A stretch of 64,000 bases of DNA from an uncultured Acidimicrobiia bacterium (GCA_963821095.1 CAWGCJ010000023.1:42967-106966); one strand, 5' to 3'; counted from the first letter of the stretch, positions 27,951 to 39,210 are shown. Made by a program: numbers and translations. Notes: a model not told the origin generated them from the letters alone.

Positions 27951-28498
27951 CCGGTCATAGCTCGCTATTTGAGGGGGTCGCCGATGCCGATCTCGTTGAG
28001 ATGGCATCAGGCGACCTCGACGCCTTCGGCGAGCTGGTGAGACGACATCAGGACTTCGTATACGGAGCGGCGTTGCGAGTAGTGCGAAACCCGGTCCTCG
28101 CCGAGGACGTGGCGCAAGAAGCGTTCGTACGCGCCTACAAGGCACTGCCTGATTTCCGGGGCCAGGCGCAAGTGCGGTCCTGGCTGTATCGCATTGCGAC
28201 GAACCTCGCCCTCAATGCCGTATCCCGTCGCCGCGAATACCCCCAGGACTCGATGCCGGAGGTTGCCGCCCGGCGTGGTCCGGAGCGCGAGACGGAACTC
28301 GCACTGATGCGAGACGACCTGGAATCCGCTATCGCCGAGCTGCCCCCCGATCTGCGGGAGGCGTTGGTGCTGCGCGAGTTCGACGGCCTGTCCTACCAAG
28401 AGATCGCCGAGCGCCTGGAGCTGCCGCTCAACACGGTGCGAACCAGAATCCTGCGAGCTCGTCGGGCGTTGCGCAGTCAGATGGAGGAGTGGCGATGA
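27941..28498 (+). CDS. ECF RNA polymerase sigma factor (start uncertain, likely downstream of 27950)
   Basis: GDLDAFGELVRRHQ, AEDVAQEAF, SWLYRIATN, GLSYQEIAERLELPLNTVRTRILRAR. Confidence 0.95.
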   Translation: MGLTGHSSLFEGVADADLVEMASGDLDAFGELVRRHQDFVYGAALRVVRNPVLAEDVAQEAFVRAYKALPDFRGQAQVRSWLYRIATNLALNAVSRRREYPQDSMPEVAARRGPERETELALMRDDLESAIAELPPDLREALVLREFDGLSYQEIAERLELPLNTVRTRILRARRALRSQMEEWR

Positions 28499-28830
28499 GA
28501 ACCTGCCACACCACCGACGATCTTCTCTTCGCATTCGTCGACGGCGCTGACCTCGCCGATTTCCAGGACCTCGACTCTCACGTGGAGACATGCGACGAGT
28601 GCCAGGCTTTCCTCGCCGAAGTGTGGGAGGGCGAACTCAGCCACGACCTGCGCGAACCGGTGATTCGCCGCATCCGATTTGACCAGTTCCTCAGCGAAAT
28701 CGTCGGCTTCGGCGTGAACATCGTCTCCGCCATGGGTCGCGCCACCGCCGAGTACACCTTCGGAGTCGATGACACCCACCGCGATGGCCGAAGCGATGAC
28801 GCTCCGCGAGGCAGACGCAGATCCTGCTGA
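28495..28830 (+). CDS. ZAS (zf-HC2) anti-sigma factor; C-terminus may be frameshifted (alternative end 28881)
   Basis: HVETCDEC (Hx3Cx2C); ATGA coupling to the sigma gene. Confidence 0.8.
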   Translation: MRTCHTTDDLLFAFVDGADLADFQDLDSHVETCDECQAFLAEVWEGELSHDLREPVIRRIRFDQFLSEIVGFGVNIVSAMGRATAEYTFGVDDTHRDGRSDDAPRGRRRSC

Positions 28831-28900
28831 CGCAGCCGCCTCTGAGGCAGGGGATGATGAAGCGGGCGAATCCGCCCCGTAGGCTGGGGGAAGGGTCGGC

Positions 28901-29626
28901 ATGGAAGGAGACATCGTGGAGCGGCTTGTGACGGCCGGCATCGTCGTGGCCATCGCGTTGGTCATCTGGATCATCGGGCGGGTGCTCAAGAAGAAGCTGC
29001 CCGATCAGTGGGGCGACCTGGTCGGTCAACTCACTCCCGTGCTCGTCCTTGCCGTGCTCGTGGTCGGCGCTCTCGTTGTGGTCGACCCCGACCAGGCCGA
29101 ACAGTTGGCCGACTCATTCATTCGTTCGGTGCCGGACCTCATGGTGGCGGTCATCATCGTGATCATTGCTCGGGCCCTGGGACGGATTGTCGGCTTGCTG
29201 GTCGAGGCGGGTCTGCGGGGGTTCTCCCCGGCGATCGCGGGCCGCGCTCGCCTGATCACGTCGTCACTCATCCTCGGCATCGGCGTGATCATCGCGCTGC
29301 AGCAGATCGGGATCTCGACGGACATCATCCTGGTCCTCGTGGCCGCAGTCGCCTTCGGCGCAGCCCTGTCTTTGGCGTTGGCCGCGGGCCTTGGCTCGGT
29401 ACCCATCGCCCGGCAGGTCTCGGCCGGCCGCCATGTCCACCGTCGCTACGAGCCGGGTGACAGAGTGCGGATCGGTGATGTCGAGGGAGCGGTGATCGAG
29501 ATCGGGCTTTCCACGACTCGGATCCAGGTGTCGGACCATCGGGCCATGGACGTGCCCAACGCGGAATTCCTCGCGGCCGCGGTTAGCGTCGAGACCAGTT
29601 CAGGCGACACATCATCAAGCGCCTAG
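28901..29626 (+). CDS. MscS-family mechanosensitive channel protein
   Basis: TM helices, ALQQIGIS, YEPGDRVRIGDVEGAVIEIGLSTT, VPNAEF. Confidence 0.85.
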   Translation: MEGDIVERLVTAGIVVAIALVIWIIGRVLKKKLPDQWGDLVGQLTPVLVLAVLVVGALVVVDPDQAEQLADSFIRSVPDLMVAVIIVIIARALGRIVGLLVEAGLRGFSPAIAGRARLITSSLILGIGVIIALQQIGISTDIILVLVAAVAFGAALSLALAAGLGSVPIARQVSAGRHVHRRYEPGDRVRIGDVEGAVIEIGLSTTRIQVSDHRAMDVPNAEFLAAAVSVETSSGDTSSSA

Positions 29627-29668
29627 GTGTGCCAAGGTGTGACAGCCGGGATCGTGAACTCACATTGT

Positions 29669-30547
29669 TCAAGAGACGCCTAGACCTGCGACCACCTCTG
29701 CCACGAAGGCGGCATCTTCCGGGCTGACCGGGAGCAAGGGGCGGCGGGGGAATCCGGCATGGAGGCCACGGGCATTCGCCGCTGCCTTTGTTCCTGGAAG
29801 TCCGAAGGCTTCAACTTCCTTCACGATTGCGGTGAGTCGCCCTTGATGCACCTCCGCATCGGCCTGCAACACTGCGCTGGCGGCGACAATCTTGGCGATG
29901 AGCTCTGAGGCGTAGTTGCCGCTGGCGTTGATGGCGCCGTAACCGCCGGCCGCCATCGACGGCGCCAGAGCGATCGAAGCCCCGGCGAACATCAAGAAGA
30001 GATCGTCGAGGCTGGATGCGATCTCCTTGATCCTGACAGGGCGAGCTCCCGAGTCCTTCATACCAAAGATGTTGGGATGGGCGGCAAGGGTTACCACGGC
30101 GTCCACCGGGATCTCGTAACCGGTCACCCGCGGGACTGAGTACAGGTAGACCGGCAGGGGTGAGGCAGTGGCAACGTCGAGGTAGTAATGGACGACGGCA
30201 GCGTGATTGCCCCGGGCCATCGACGTCGGCGTGATCACCAACACGGCGTCGGCGCCTCCATCGGCCGCTTCGGAGATTTGTGTCAGTGCCTGACGCACCG
30301 ACTCCCCGGAGACACCGCCGAGAAGGAACGGGTCGCTACCGAGCTCACTGCGGGCCGCGGTGAGGAGCCACTTCCGCTCACCAGGTTCGAGATAGGGGCC
30401 TTCTCCCGTCGAGCCGGCGATGAGAAACCCTTGACAGCCGCGGGCCTGGAGTGTTGCCAGGTTGTGGAGATGTGCGGCTTCATTCAGTTCCCCGGCCGCA
30501 GTGAATGGCGTTATCACCGCCGGCATCACATTTGGTGGGGTGCGCAT
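29669..30547 (-). CDS. Dihydrodipicolinate synthase (DapA)-family aldolase
   Basis: PAVITPF, GSTGEG, YSVPRVTG, GMKDS. Confidence 0.88.
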   Translation of the reverse strand: MRTPPNVMPAVITPFTAAGELNEAAHLHNLATLQARGCQGFLIAGSTGEGPYLEPGERKWLLTAARSELGSDPFLLGGVSGESVRQALTQISEAADGGADAVLVITPTSMARGNHAAVVHYYLDVATASPLPVYLYSVPRVTGYEIPVDAVVTLAAHPNIFGMKDSGARPVRIKEIASSLDDLFLMFAGASIALAPSMAAGGYGAINASGNYASELIAKIVAASAVLQADAEVHQGRLTAIVKEVEAFGLPGTKAAANARGLHAGFPRRPLLPVSPEDAAFVAEVVAGLGVS

Positions 30548-30610
30548 CGGATAGAGATTAGGAGATTTGTGGCGGCCTGAATCGATCGCGCCCGCCAGAT
30601 GTCACTCCTG

Positions 30611-32059
30611 CTACACCGTGTAGGTAGTTGATGACACGTCGCCGCCCTCGCCGGTCCAGTTGGTGTGAAAGAACTCGCCGCGGGCTTCATCGATCCGCTC
30701 GTAGGTGTGTGCCCCGAAGTAGTCGCGTTGCGCCTGGATCAGATTCGCCGGAGTTCGCCCTGAGCGGTAGCCGTCGTAGAACGCCAACGCAGAGGAATAG
30801 GCGGGTACTGCGATCCCGGCCGCACTGGCCCGGGCGACGGTGCGACGCCATCCCCCCTGCGCCGCCGTTATCTCGCCGGCAAAGAAGGGTTGCAGGAGCA
30901 GGCTGCGGACTTCGGGGCGGTCGCGATAGGCCGTCATCACTTCTCCGAGGAACCGTGAGCGGATGATGCAGCCGCCCCGCCACATCGAGGCAATCGAGCT
31001 GAAGTCGAGATCCCAGCCGTATTCGTTCGCAGCCGCGTCGAGGAGCATGAACCCCTGAGCGTACGAAGTGATCTTGGAGGCGTAGAGCGCGTCGTGTAGG
31101 TCGGTGAGGATCTCGGTGCGGTCTCCCTTGATGTGTGGCGACGGTCCGTCGAGCACAGCGGCGGCGGCAACTCGGTCATCCTTGAGTGAGGAAACGATGC
31201 GGGCGTAGACGGCCTCCGCCACCAGCGTGACCGGCTCGCCGAGGTCCATCGACGACATCACCGTCCACTTGCCGGTGCCCTTCTGTCCGGCGGTGTCGAG
31301 GATCTTCTCGAGCAACGGTTCACCGGCTTCGTCGCGAAAGGCGAGGATCTCGGCCGTGATCTCGATGAGGTAGGAATCCAGCTTGTCCCGATTCCACTCG
31401 GCGAATACGGTGTGCATCTCATCGTGGTTCATGCCGAGTCCGCGATGCATTAGGTCGTAGGCCTCCGCAATCACCTGCATGTCACCGTATTCGATGCCGT
31501 TGTGCACCATCTTGACGTAGTGGCCGGAACCGTCGCTGCTGATCCAATCGCTGCAGGGGACGCCATCGACGTGGGCGGCAATGGTCTGGAAGACGGACTG
31601 CACCTCAGGCCATGCCGACGTGGTGCCACCGGGCATGATCGAAGGACCGTTCCGAGCCCCCTCCTCGCCCCCGGAGACGCCGGTCCCGACGTACCGCAGG
31701 CCGGCGGCCTCGACCTCGGCGGTGCGTCGAATCGTGTCGGTGAACAGTGAGTTGCCGCCGTCGATGATGATGTCACCGGGCGATAGCAGCGGAACGAGCC
31801 CATCGATGGTCGCATCCACCGCGGGGCCGGCTTTGATCATCAGCATGATGCGGCGTGGTGGCTCGAGTGCCGCCACCAACTCGTGCAGCGAGTGGACTCC
31901 AACGACCGCGGTCCCCGCGGCTTCGCCGGCGATGAATTCATCGACTCGGTCGGTGGTCCGGTTGTAGGCCGCCACCGTGAAGCCATGGTCGTCCATGTTG
32001 AGGATGAGATTGCGGCCCATCACGGCGAGGCCGATGACGCCGATGTCGGCTGTGGTCAC
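30611..32059 (-). CDS. gndA: 6-phosphogluconate dehydrogenase, decarboxylating (NADP+)
   Basis: IGLAVMG, SGGEEGA, GHYVKMVHNGIEYGDMQ, WRGGCIIRS, QAQRDYFGAHTY. Confidence 0.97.
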   Translation of the reverse strand: MTTADIGVIGLAVMGRNLILNMDDHGFTVAAYNRTTDRVDEFIAGEAAGTAVVGVHSLHELVAALEPPRRIMLMIKAGPAVDATIDGLVPLLSPGDIIIDGGNSLFTDTIRRTAEVEAAGLRYVGTGVSGGEEGARNGPSIMPGGTTSAWPEVQSVFQTIAAHVDGVPCSDWISSDGSGHYVKMVHNGIEYGDMQVIAEAYDLMHRGLGMNHDEMHTVFAEWNRDKLDSYLIEITAEILAFRDEAGEPLLEKILDTAGQKGTGKWTVMSSMDLGEPVTLVAEAVYARIVSSLKDDRVAAAAVLDGPSPHIKGDRTEILTDLHDALYASKITSYAQGFMLLDAAANEYGWDLDFSSIASMWRGGCIIRSRFLGEVMTAYRDRPEVRSLLLQPFFAGEITAAQGGWRRTVARASAAGIAVPAYSSALAFYDGYRSGRTPANLIQAQRDYFGAHTYERIDEARGEFFHTNWTGEGGDVSSTTYTV

Positions 32060-32183
32060 GGTCGTTGTCTCCTCGGGTCGGTGCGACGGCATGACGTCGC
32101 GGTCCTGCGTAACGGCCCTGCCGCTCGCACCTCGGGAATGGGGACGGCGCGGCCGCGGCAACAATACCGATAGGATCGCGGTG

Positions 32184-33035
32184 ATGGCTCCTTCGCACAC
32201 TTTTGATCTCGAGCTCTTCCTCCAACTGAATGAGGAATACGAAGCCAAGCCGGTGGTGGCTCGACCGCGCACCTTCGACGAGCAGTCCCTGGACCAAGGC
32301 GCAGCGAGGCGCCTCAGCAATGTTGAGCGAAGGGTCGATCTATCGGACAAGCGAGTTCTCGAGATCGGTTCGGGGCGGGGTCACATCTGTCGAAGGCTCG
32401 CCGATCACTACGGCTGCGAGGTCGTGGGGGTCGACATCAAGGAGTACGACCAGTGGGAGAGCCTGAGCGGGCGCAACGTCGACCTGCGGATCCACGACGT
32501 GTCGGCAGACGACAACGCCGCGCTAGGCACGTTTGATTTGATCCTGTCCTTTGCCGTGTGGGAACACGTCGAGCATCCGTATGCGGCGCTGCAGGGGGTC
32601 AAGGAGCTGCTCGGCCCCGAGGGCAGGGCCTATATCTACGCCAACCTCTATCGCGGTCCCAAAGCGTCACATCGCTATCGGGACATCTACTTCCCATGGC
32701 CGCATCTGCTGTTCACCGATGAGGTGTTCGAGGAGTTCTACCTGCACACCATCGGACGGAAGAAGCGGGCGGCGTGGGTGAACAAGCTGACGGCGGCGCA
32801 CTACACGTTCTACTTCGACCAACTCGACCTCGTCCCCGAACAACTCTTCTACTCGAAGGATGCGTTCGACGCCGAGCTCTACGCCCGCTTCGAGGACGTG
32901 CTTGGTCGCTACCCACGCTTCGACCTGAGCCACGACTTCATCAACGCCGTGCTGCGGCACCGAGATGCAGCCATGATCGAGCCGCCGACCCCAGCTAGGC
33001 GCGGTGCGCTGTCCCTCTTCCGCCGCGGCTCCTAG
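32184..33035 (+). CDS. Class I SAM-dependent methyltransferase
   Basis: VLEIGSGRG, VGVDI, FDLILSFAVWEHV. Confidence 0.85.
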   Translation: MAPSHTFDLELFLQLNEEYEAKPVVARPRTFDEQSLDQGAARRLSNVERRVDLSDKRVLEIGSGRGHICRRLADHYGCEVVGVDIKEYDQWESLSGRNVDLRIHDVSADDNAALGTFDLILSFAVWEHVEHPYAALQGVKELLGPEGRAYIYANLYRGPKASHRYRDIYFPWPHLLFTDEVFEEFYLHTIGRKKRAAWVNKLTAAHYTFYFDQLDLVPEQLFYSKDAFDAELYARFEDVLGRYPRFDLSHDFINAVLRHRDAAMIEPPTPARRGALSLFRRGS

Positions 33036-34555
33036 GACGGGAAGTTGGGGATGTCCTCGCCGTACAACCAGCGGTCGAAGAGGTCGCCGAGGTCCTGTCC
33101 CGAAGCCTCTTCGGCGACGGCGATGAAGTCTGCGGTCGTTGCGGTCGACCCGTTGTAGCGGGCGAAGTAGGTCTGGAGTGTCGTGAAGAACGCCTCGTCT
33201 CCGACCGTGAGACGCAGTGCATGCAGCGTCATGGCGCCGACTCGGTAGACCGACGTGTTGAAGAGGTCGTCGTGGGGCGGGGTGCCTACTGGTGGCAGGG
33301 TCAGCGAGCCGGACTCGCTCAATTCGACAAGCCGGTTGCGCTCTGCAGTGATTCCCACCGCAAGGAACTCAGGGCCCTGCTGCTCCTCGAGCCACAACCA
33401 CTCGGCGTATGAGGCAAACCCTTCGTTGAGCCAGATGTCCTCCCAGGTTTCCGTGCTGACCGCGTCTCCGAACCACTGGTGGGCCAATTCGTGAACGATG
33501 ATCGCCTCGTTGCTCTCGAGGCCGGCGCCGAAGATGGAGAGGGTCTGGTTCTCGAGGGCGGCCGGAAAATCATCGACCACGGCAATCCCGTAGGTCGAGA
33601 ATGGATATGGGCCGAATCGGTCGGCGAGGAAGGCGATCATTTCGCCCTGGCGCTGTACGGCCACCGGGGGAGCGGCGGCGAGGTGCGCAGGGAGGACATT
33701 GCGCACCGGCACGCCGGCGACCTGGGCAGACGCGGTGTCTTCCACGATCTCGAAGTCGCCGACCACGATGGTGGCGAGATACGGGGCCATCGGATCGTTC
33801 ATCTCCCACACCCACGTGGCGCCAGCGGCAGTTGGCACGGTTTCCACCAGCGTGCCATTCGCTGCGGCGATGACCGACTCGGGAACGGTGACGTGGAACG
33901 TGTAGGTGGCCTTGTCGCGGGGGTGGTCGTTGTTCGGGAACCACGAGTGGGCGGCATCCGGTTGGGCGACGACGTAATGGTGGCCGGACGGGGTCGACTG
34001 CCATCCCATGCCGAAGGCAATGGCCCGCGAAGCAACCGGCTCCGGGCGGCCGGCATACGCAACGGTGGTGGTGAACGTCGTCCCCGTGGGGATCGCGGCA
34101 GACAAGTCGATGACCAACTCAGATCCCTGTCGTTCGTAGTCGGCAGGCGTGTCATCGATGAGGAGCGACGTGACCTCAAACCCGGCGAAGTCAAGGTTAA
34201 ATCGATCGAGATCCATTGTGGCGACGGACGTGATCGTGGTGGTGGCGACGAGGTCGCCGGTGACCGGATCGAGGTCGAGTTCGAGGAGGTAGTGGTCGAC
34301 GTCGTAGCCACCGTTGCCTAGATCCGGGTAGAAGGGATCGCCGATCCCTGCGGCTCCTGCCGCGCCGACCGGAGCCACAGTGGCCTCAGGTGGCGCCGAG
34401 GTCGTGGTCGACGGGCCTGCGATTGTGGTCGTGGTGGTCAGGTCGGTCGTCGTGGTGGTGGTCGGGCCGGTCGTCGTGGTCGTGTCACCAAGGCCGGACC
34501 CAGAGCATGCTCCGCTCAGAGTGGCGACGACGACGACAGCGATAACCCAACGCAT
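33032..34555 (-). CDS. M1 family metallo-aminopeptidase lipoprotein
   Basis: Lipobox SGAC, GDPFYPDLGNGGYD, AALENQ, HELAHQWFG...WLNEGFA, YRVGA. Confidence 0.93.
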   Translation of the reverse strand: MRWVIAVVVVATLSGACSGSGLGDTTTTTGPTTTTTTDLTTTTTIAGPSTTTSAPPEATVAPVGAAGAAGIGDPFYPDLGNGGYDVDHYLLELDLDPVTGDLVATTTITSVATMDLDRFNLDFAGFEVTSLLIDDTPADYERQGSELVIDLSAAIPTGTTFTTTVAYAGRPEPVASRAIAFGMGWQSTPSGHHYVVAQPDAAHSWFPNNDHPRDKATYTFHVTVPESVIAAANGTLVETVPTAAGATWVWEMNDPMAPYLATIVVGDFEIVEDTASAQVAGVPVRNVLPAHLAAAPPVAVQRQGEMIAFLADRFGPYPFSTYGIAVVDDFPAALENQTLSIFGAGLESNEAIIVHELAHQWFGDAVSTETWEDIWLNEGFASYAEWLWLEEQQGPEFLAVGITAERNRLVELSESGSLTLPPVGTPPHDDLFNTSVYRVGAMTLHALRLTVGDEAFFTTLQTYFARYNGSTATTADFIAVAEEASGQDLGDLFDRWLYGEDIPNFPS

Positions 34556-34608
34556 GGCCTGCAGAGTACGGCTCGGCCGGAACAAACTGAGCGCTGGGCC
34601 GGGGAGAC

Positions 34609-35001
34609 TCAGACGCCGGTGGCCGGCGGGGCGCCGCGGGCGATCCAGAAGTCGTTGATGGCACCCTGAATCTTCACGTACCAAACGATCTGGCCAATCA
34701 ACGGAAGCAAGAACCACAGGCCCCACAGGGCGTTGATCGGCGGATGCTCGCCGGCCTCTTCGTACATCTTTCCAACCTCGTCGGCCATCAGGAACATGGT
34801 GACCGGCAGGATGAAGAGCGTCATCAGCAGGTAGAAGATGCCGCCGAGGCCCTGGTTGCGGTAGCGCTTGAGATCCTCGCCGCTCCAGAAGGACCAGAAC
34901 AGAGTCCAGATCCCGAAGGTGAAGATGGTCACCAAGATGGTCAGTCCGATCGAACGTGGCTTGCCGATGGGGCCCGTCGACTGGCGTGGTTGAGTAGTCA
35001 T
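34609..35001 (-). CDS. DUF4234-like small membrane protein
   Basis: GKPRSIGLTILVTIFTFGIW, VKIQGAINDFW. Confidence 0.75.
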   Translation of the reverse strand: MTTQPRQSTGPIGKPRSIGLTILVTIFTFGIWTLFWSFWSGEDLKRYRNQGLGGIFYLLMTLFILPVTMFLMADEVGKMYEEAGEHPPINALWGLWFLLPLIGQIVWYVKIQGAINDFWIARGAPPATGV

Positions 35002-35058
35002 GCCATCGAGTGTAGATGGCGCGTCCCCGACCTTTGGACCGATTGCGTCCGGTTAGCC

Positions 35059-36552
35059 CTAGGGGAAGCCGGGGAGGGTGTCGCCGTGGAACCAGGCGTC
35101 GAAATAGAAATCGAGGCTCTCGCCTGCGGTGGCTTCTGCGATGTCGACCAGCGCCGCAGTCGTGCCGAAACTCCCGGCAAAGGTGTCGTGGAAGGTCCCC
35201 AGGGTCTCGAAGAAGGCCTCGTCGCCGATCTTGAGACGGAGGGCGTGGAGGAAGGTGGCGCCGTAGACGAACACCCCGTCCACGTAGACGTCCCCCTCCG
35301 GCGGGTCGTCCGGAGCAGGCCAACTCGAATTCTTCACCTTGGCGCGGCCACCCTTGGCGGCGAGTTCGAGGGCGTTCTTGCCGATGATGCGTTGTAGCCA
35401 CATCCACTCTGCGTAGGTCGGAACGCCGGTGGACAACCAGACGTTCGACCACGTTGCGAACCCGGCGTCATCTCCAAACCAGTGTCGGGTCAGGTCACGA
35501 ACGATGCGCCCGCTGAAGGCGTCGCCGGCGAGTTCGTCGGGAGAAATGATCGACCATGTGTGGCCGGGCAGCATGGTCGCCACTCCATCGACCACGATCA
35601 CACCGTATGAGGCTGCGGGAAAGCGGCCAAAACGCCTCTCGAGGAACGCCATGGCATCGGCGACCACGGCCAACTCGGCCGGCATGGCTTCGGCACCGGC
35701 AGCCACGACATGGCGCACTTCGACGCCGGTTGCGGCCGAGGTGGGTACATCCTCGACCAGGGTGAACTCGCCGATCAGCATGACGAGCGAGTGGGGGGCG
35801 ATCTCGCCGGCGGTCTCCCACTCGAAGAGCCGGGTGGTCTCGCGGTCGAGATGGCGCTCCAGCGAACCCGAAGCCACCACTGTCAGCGGCGGCGGGACGG
35901 TGACGGAAAGGGTGAATCGTGCCCGGTCACTGGGATGATCGTTGACGGGGAACCAGGTGTGAGCCCCATCCGGGTCGTTGCGAACCAGGATCTCGCCGCC
36001 CGGCAGGGTGATCCACCCGACCTGGCCGCGGGCGAGCTCCGAGCGAGCCGGCTCCGGGCTACCTCGGTAGGCGACGGTAACCACAAACTCCTCGCCGGCC
36101 CCGATCGGGGTGGCTGGAGTCACGATGAGCTCGTGGCCCCGACGGCCCAGATCTGCAGTCTGGTCATTCACCGTCAGCCGGTCGATGACGAAGCCGGTGA
36201 AGTCGAGATTGAAGACAGCGAGGTCGGTTGTGGCGGTGGCAGTGATCACGACCTCGGCCGAGAGGATTGTCGTGCCGGGGTCCCAGGTGAGGGTGAGGTC
36301 GTAATGAGCGGCGTCATAGCCGCCGTTGCCGAGGGTGGGGGCCAGCGGATCGCCCATCCCGTCTTGGGTCGCCTCGAGGTTGAGGGCCGCCTGGGAAGCG
36401 AAGGCGACGGTCGACGTTGTTGCCTGTGACGTCGACGCTGGTTGGGGAGTCTCGGCACAGCCCGCGGCAGCCAGCGCCACCATCAGGGCACCAACGATGA
36501 GCGCTCGTGGTGTATGTCCTCGGGTCACCGTAAATCCTCCAGGTTCCTTCAC
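35059..36552 (-). CDS. M1 aminopeptidase paralog lacking the zinc-binding residues (lipoprotein)
   Basis: GDPLAPTLGNGGYD and WFPVNDHPSD retained; RDLTRHWFG...WLSTG replaces HELAHQWFG...WLNEG. Confidence 0.85.
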   Translation of the reverse strand: MKEPGGFTVTRGHTPRALIVGALMVALAAAGCAETPQPASTSQATTSTVAFASQAALNLEATQDGMGDPLAPTLGNGGYDAAHYDLTLTWDPGTTILSAEVVITATATTDLAVFNLDFTGFVIDRLTVNDQTADLGRRGHELIVTPATPIGAGEEFVVTVAYRGSPEPARSELARGQVGWITLPGGEILVRNDPDGAHTWFPVNDHPSDRARFTLSVTVPPPLTVVASGSLERHLDRETTRLFEWETAGEIAPHSLVMLIGEFTLVEDVPTSAATGVEVRHVVAAGAEAMPAELAVVADAMAFLERRFGRFPAASYGVIVVDGVATMLPGHTWSIISPDELAGDAFSGRIVRDLTRHWFGDDAGFATWSNVWLSTGVPTYAEWMWLQRIIGKNALELAAKGGRAKVKNSSWPAPDDPPEGDVYVDGVFVYGATFLHALRLKIGDEAFFETLGTFHDTFAGSFGTTAALVDIAEATAGESLDFYFDAWFHGDTLPGFP

Positions 36553-36607
36553 TCATCGGCCTAAACGAGCGATGGCTGGAGTGTGGCTTGCGCGGAATTT
36601 GGTCCGC

Positions 36608-37678
36608 TCAGGCGATGGCGGCCGCGACGGCGTCACCCATCTGCGTGGTCGTCACCCAGGGACCGCCGGCCGCGATGTCCGGAGTGCGCAGACCGGCGTC
36701 GAGCACGGCTTCAACCGCGGCTTCGACCACGGCCGCTTCGTCGTTGAGATGGAGCGAGTGCCGTAGCGCCATCGCCGCCGCCAGGATGGTGGCGAGCGGG
36801 TTGGCAACACCGGTGCCCGCGATGTCCGGCGCCGAACCGTGGATTGGCTCGTAGAGACCGGGGCCGGAATCACCGAGGGAGGCCGACGGCAGCATCCCCA
36901 TCGACCCCGGCAGCATCGAAGCCTCATCGGTGAGAATGTCCCCGAACATGTTCCCGGTTACGACCACATCGAAGGTCGCCGGCCTGCTGATCAGGTGCAT
37001 CGCCATCGCATCGACCAGAACCACCTCGTAGGTGATGTCGGGGAACTCCTCGGCGACAACAGCGGCCGCTACCCGGCGCCACAGACGCGACACCTCGAGC
37101 ACATTCGCTTTGTCGACTGAGGTGAGCCGGCCACGGCGGTCGCGAGCCGCAGCCGCCGCCAGCCGAACGATTCGCTCGATCTCCTCGACGTGGTATTCCA
37201 TGACGGAGCGGGCACTGCGGCCATCGGCGCTGGTGGAATGCTCGCCGAAGTAGATCCCACCGGTGAGTTCCCTGAAGAACAGAATGTCGACTCCATCGAT
37301 GAGGTCGCGGCGCAATGGTGACGCCGCGATGAGTTGATGGTGGGCGGTCACCGGCCGCAGATTGGCGTACAGACCCAGTTCGCGTCGCAAGGCGAGCAGT
37401 CCCGCTTCGGGGCGGGTCTTGGCGGTCGGGTCGTCCCACTTGGGCCCACCGACCGCCCCGAGCAGTACCGCATCAGACGCCCGAGATGCCTCGAGCGTCG
37501 CGGCCGGTAGCGGATCGCCGAACTGGTCGATGGCGATTCCGCCGACGGCGTGGGATTCGAAGCTGAAGCGGTGGTTGAAGCGGACGGCCACCGCCTCGAG
37601 AACCTTGCGGCCCTCCGCGATGACCTCCGGCCCGATGCCGTCGCCGGGCAGGAGGACGAACGAGGCGGTCACCGTCAT
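36608..37678 (-). CDS. leuB: 3-isopropylmalate dehydrogenase
   Basis: [52 protein letters not shown]. Confidence 0.97.
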   Translation of the reverse strand: MTVTASFVLLPGDGIGPEVIAEGRKVLEAVAVRFNHRFSFESHAVGGIAIDQFGDPLPAATLEASRASDAVLLGAVGGPKWDDPTAKTRPEAGLLALRRELGLYANLRPVTAHHQLIAASPLRRDLIDGVDILFFRELTGGIYFGEHSTSADGRSARSVMEYHVEEIERIVRLAAAAARDRRGRLTSVDKANVLEVSRLWRRVAAAVVAEEFPDITYEVVLVDAMAMHLISRPATFDVVVTGNMFGDILTDEASMLPGSMGMLPSASLGDSGPGLYEPIHGSAPDIAGTGVANPLATILAAAMALRHSLHLNDEAAVVEAAVEAVLDAGLRTPDIAAGGPWVTTTQMGDAVAAAIA

Positions 37679-39210
37679 CCGCCGTTGCCGACAACGCGAT
37701 CGGCCTGGTCGACGAGCGCCTTGTTGAGAGCCGAGACGAACGCGCGAGCCGAGCCTTCGACCACATCGGTTGAAACCCCGCGGCCCGAGTAGGTATCAGG
37801 CCCAACCTGGATGATGACGTTCACTTCCGCCATGGCGTCGGCGCCCGAGGTGAGCGGACTCACCCGGTAGTCGAGCAGCGTCGCCGGAATGTCGAACACC
37901 TGTTGGAGGGCGACGAACGCTGCGTTCACCATCCCGTCACCTTCGGCCTCGACCGTGCGCTCGGCGCCGCCCTGATCGACCCTGACGGTCGCAACCGGGA
38001 CGGTCTCGTTGCCTCCCGAGACGTGGATGCCGACGAGGTGGATCAGGTCGGTGGCGATGCTGGTCTCCTCATAGACGATGGCGCGCAGTCCCTCTTCGGA
38101 GATTTCGCCTTTGCGGTCGGCCAACTCCTTGAATCTGGTGAAGGCGCGGGCAAAGTCCTCGTCCTCGAGGTTGATCCCCAGCTTGGTGAGGGCATCACCA
38201 AACGCAGCGCGCCCTGAGTGCTTGCCCAGCACCAGCACGCTCTCATGGCCGATGGCTTTCGGGTCCATGATCTCGTAAGTTTCGCGATGGCGCAGCACAC
38301 CGTGCTGGTGGATCCCCGATTCGTGGGCAAAGGCGTTGCGTCCGACGACGGCCTTGTTGTATTGGACCGGATACCCCGTCAGCCGGGAGACGAGCCGCGA
38401 CGTTTCGAAGATCTCAGTCGTGTCGGCGCCGATCTCAACTCCGAAGCGATCCTGGCGGGTGGTGATCGCCATGATGACTTCCTCGGTCGATGTGTTGCCG
38501 GCCCGTTCGCCGATTCCGTTGATGGCCCCTTCGATCTGGCGGGCACCCGCGGCGATCGCAGACAGCGAGTTGGCAACTGCCAGGCCGAGGTCGTTGTGGC
38601 AGTGGGTGGAGACGATGACGTCCTCGTTGTCACCCCTGACCTCCTGGTAGACCCGGCTCAGCATGTCGACGAACTCGTTGGGAGTGGCGTAGCCGACGGT
38701 ATCGGGGATGTTGATGGTCGTTGCCCCCGCCTCGACTGCGGCACGGCAGATCTCCATGATGAAATCGGGGTCTGACCGGGTGGCGTCCTGGGGTGAGAAC
38801 TCGACGTCGTCGACATAGGTACGGGCTCGCTTGACGCTTTCGACCGCCGCCGCCATCACCTCGGCCGGGGTCATCCGCAACATCTCCTCCATGTGGATCG
38901 GCGATGTGGAGATGAAGACGTGGATGCGCTGGCGATCTGCCGCCTGGATCGCCTCCGCGGCAGCATCGATGTCGCCGGGGAGGGTGCGGGCCAGGCTGGC
39001 GATGATTGGTCCCTGCACTTCGGCGGCGATCCTCGAAACGGACTCGAAGTCGCCCGGTGACGATGCCGCAAAGCCGGCTTCGATGACATCGACCTTGAGT
39101 CGAGCCAACTGGGCGGCGATGGCGACCTTGTCGTCGGGCGACAGCGCAATGCCGGGGGCCTGCTCGCCGTCGCGCAGGGTGGTATCGAGAATGATCAGTC
39201 GGTCGGACAT
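37675..39210 (-). CDS. leuA: 2-isopropylmalate synthase (bacterial type 1)
   Basis: [49 protein letters not shown], regulatory domain. Confidence 0.96.
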   Translation of the reverse strand: MSDRLIILDTTLRDGEQAPGIALSPDDKVAIAAQLARLKVDVIEAGFAASSPGDFESVSRIAAEVQGPIIASLARTLPGDIDAAAEAIQAADRQRIHVFISTSPIHMEEMLRMTPAEVMAAAVESVKRARTYVDDVEFSPQDATRSDPDFIMEICRAAVEAGATTINIPDTVGYATPNEFVDMLSRVYQEVRGDNEDVIVSTHCHNDLGLAVANSLSAIAAGARQIEGAINGIGERAGNTSTEEVIMAITTRQDRFGVEIGADTTEIFETSRLVSRLTGYPVQYNKAVVGRNAFAHESGIHQHGVLRHRETYEIMDPKAIGHESVLVLGKHSGRAAFGDALTKLGINLEDEDFARAFTRFKELADRKGEISEEGLRAIVYEETSIATDLIHLVGIHVSGGNETVPVATVRVDQGGAERTVEAEGDGMVNAAFVALQQVFDIPATLLDYRVSPLTSGADAMAEVNVIIQVGPDTYSGRGVSTDVVEGSARAFVSALNKALVDQADRVVGNGG

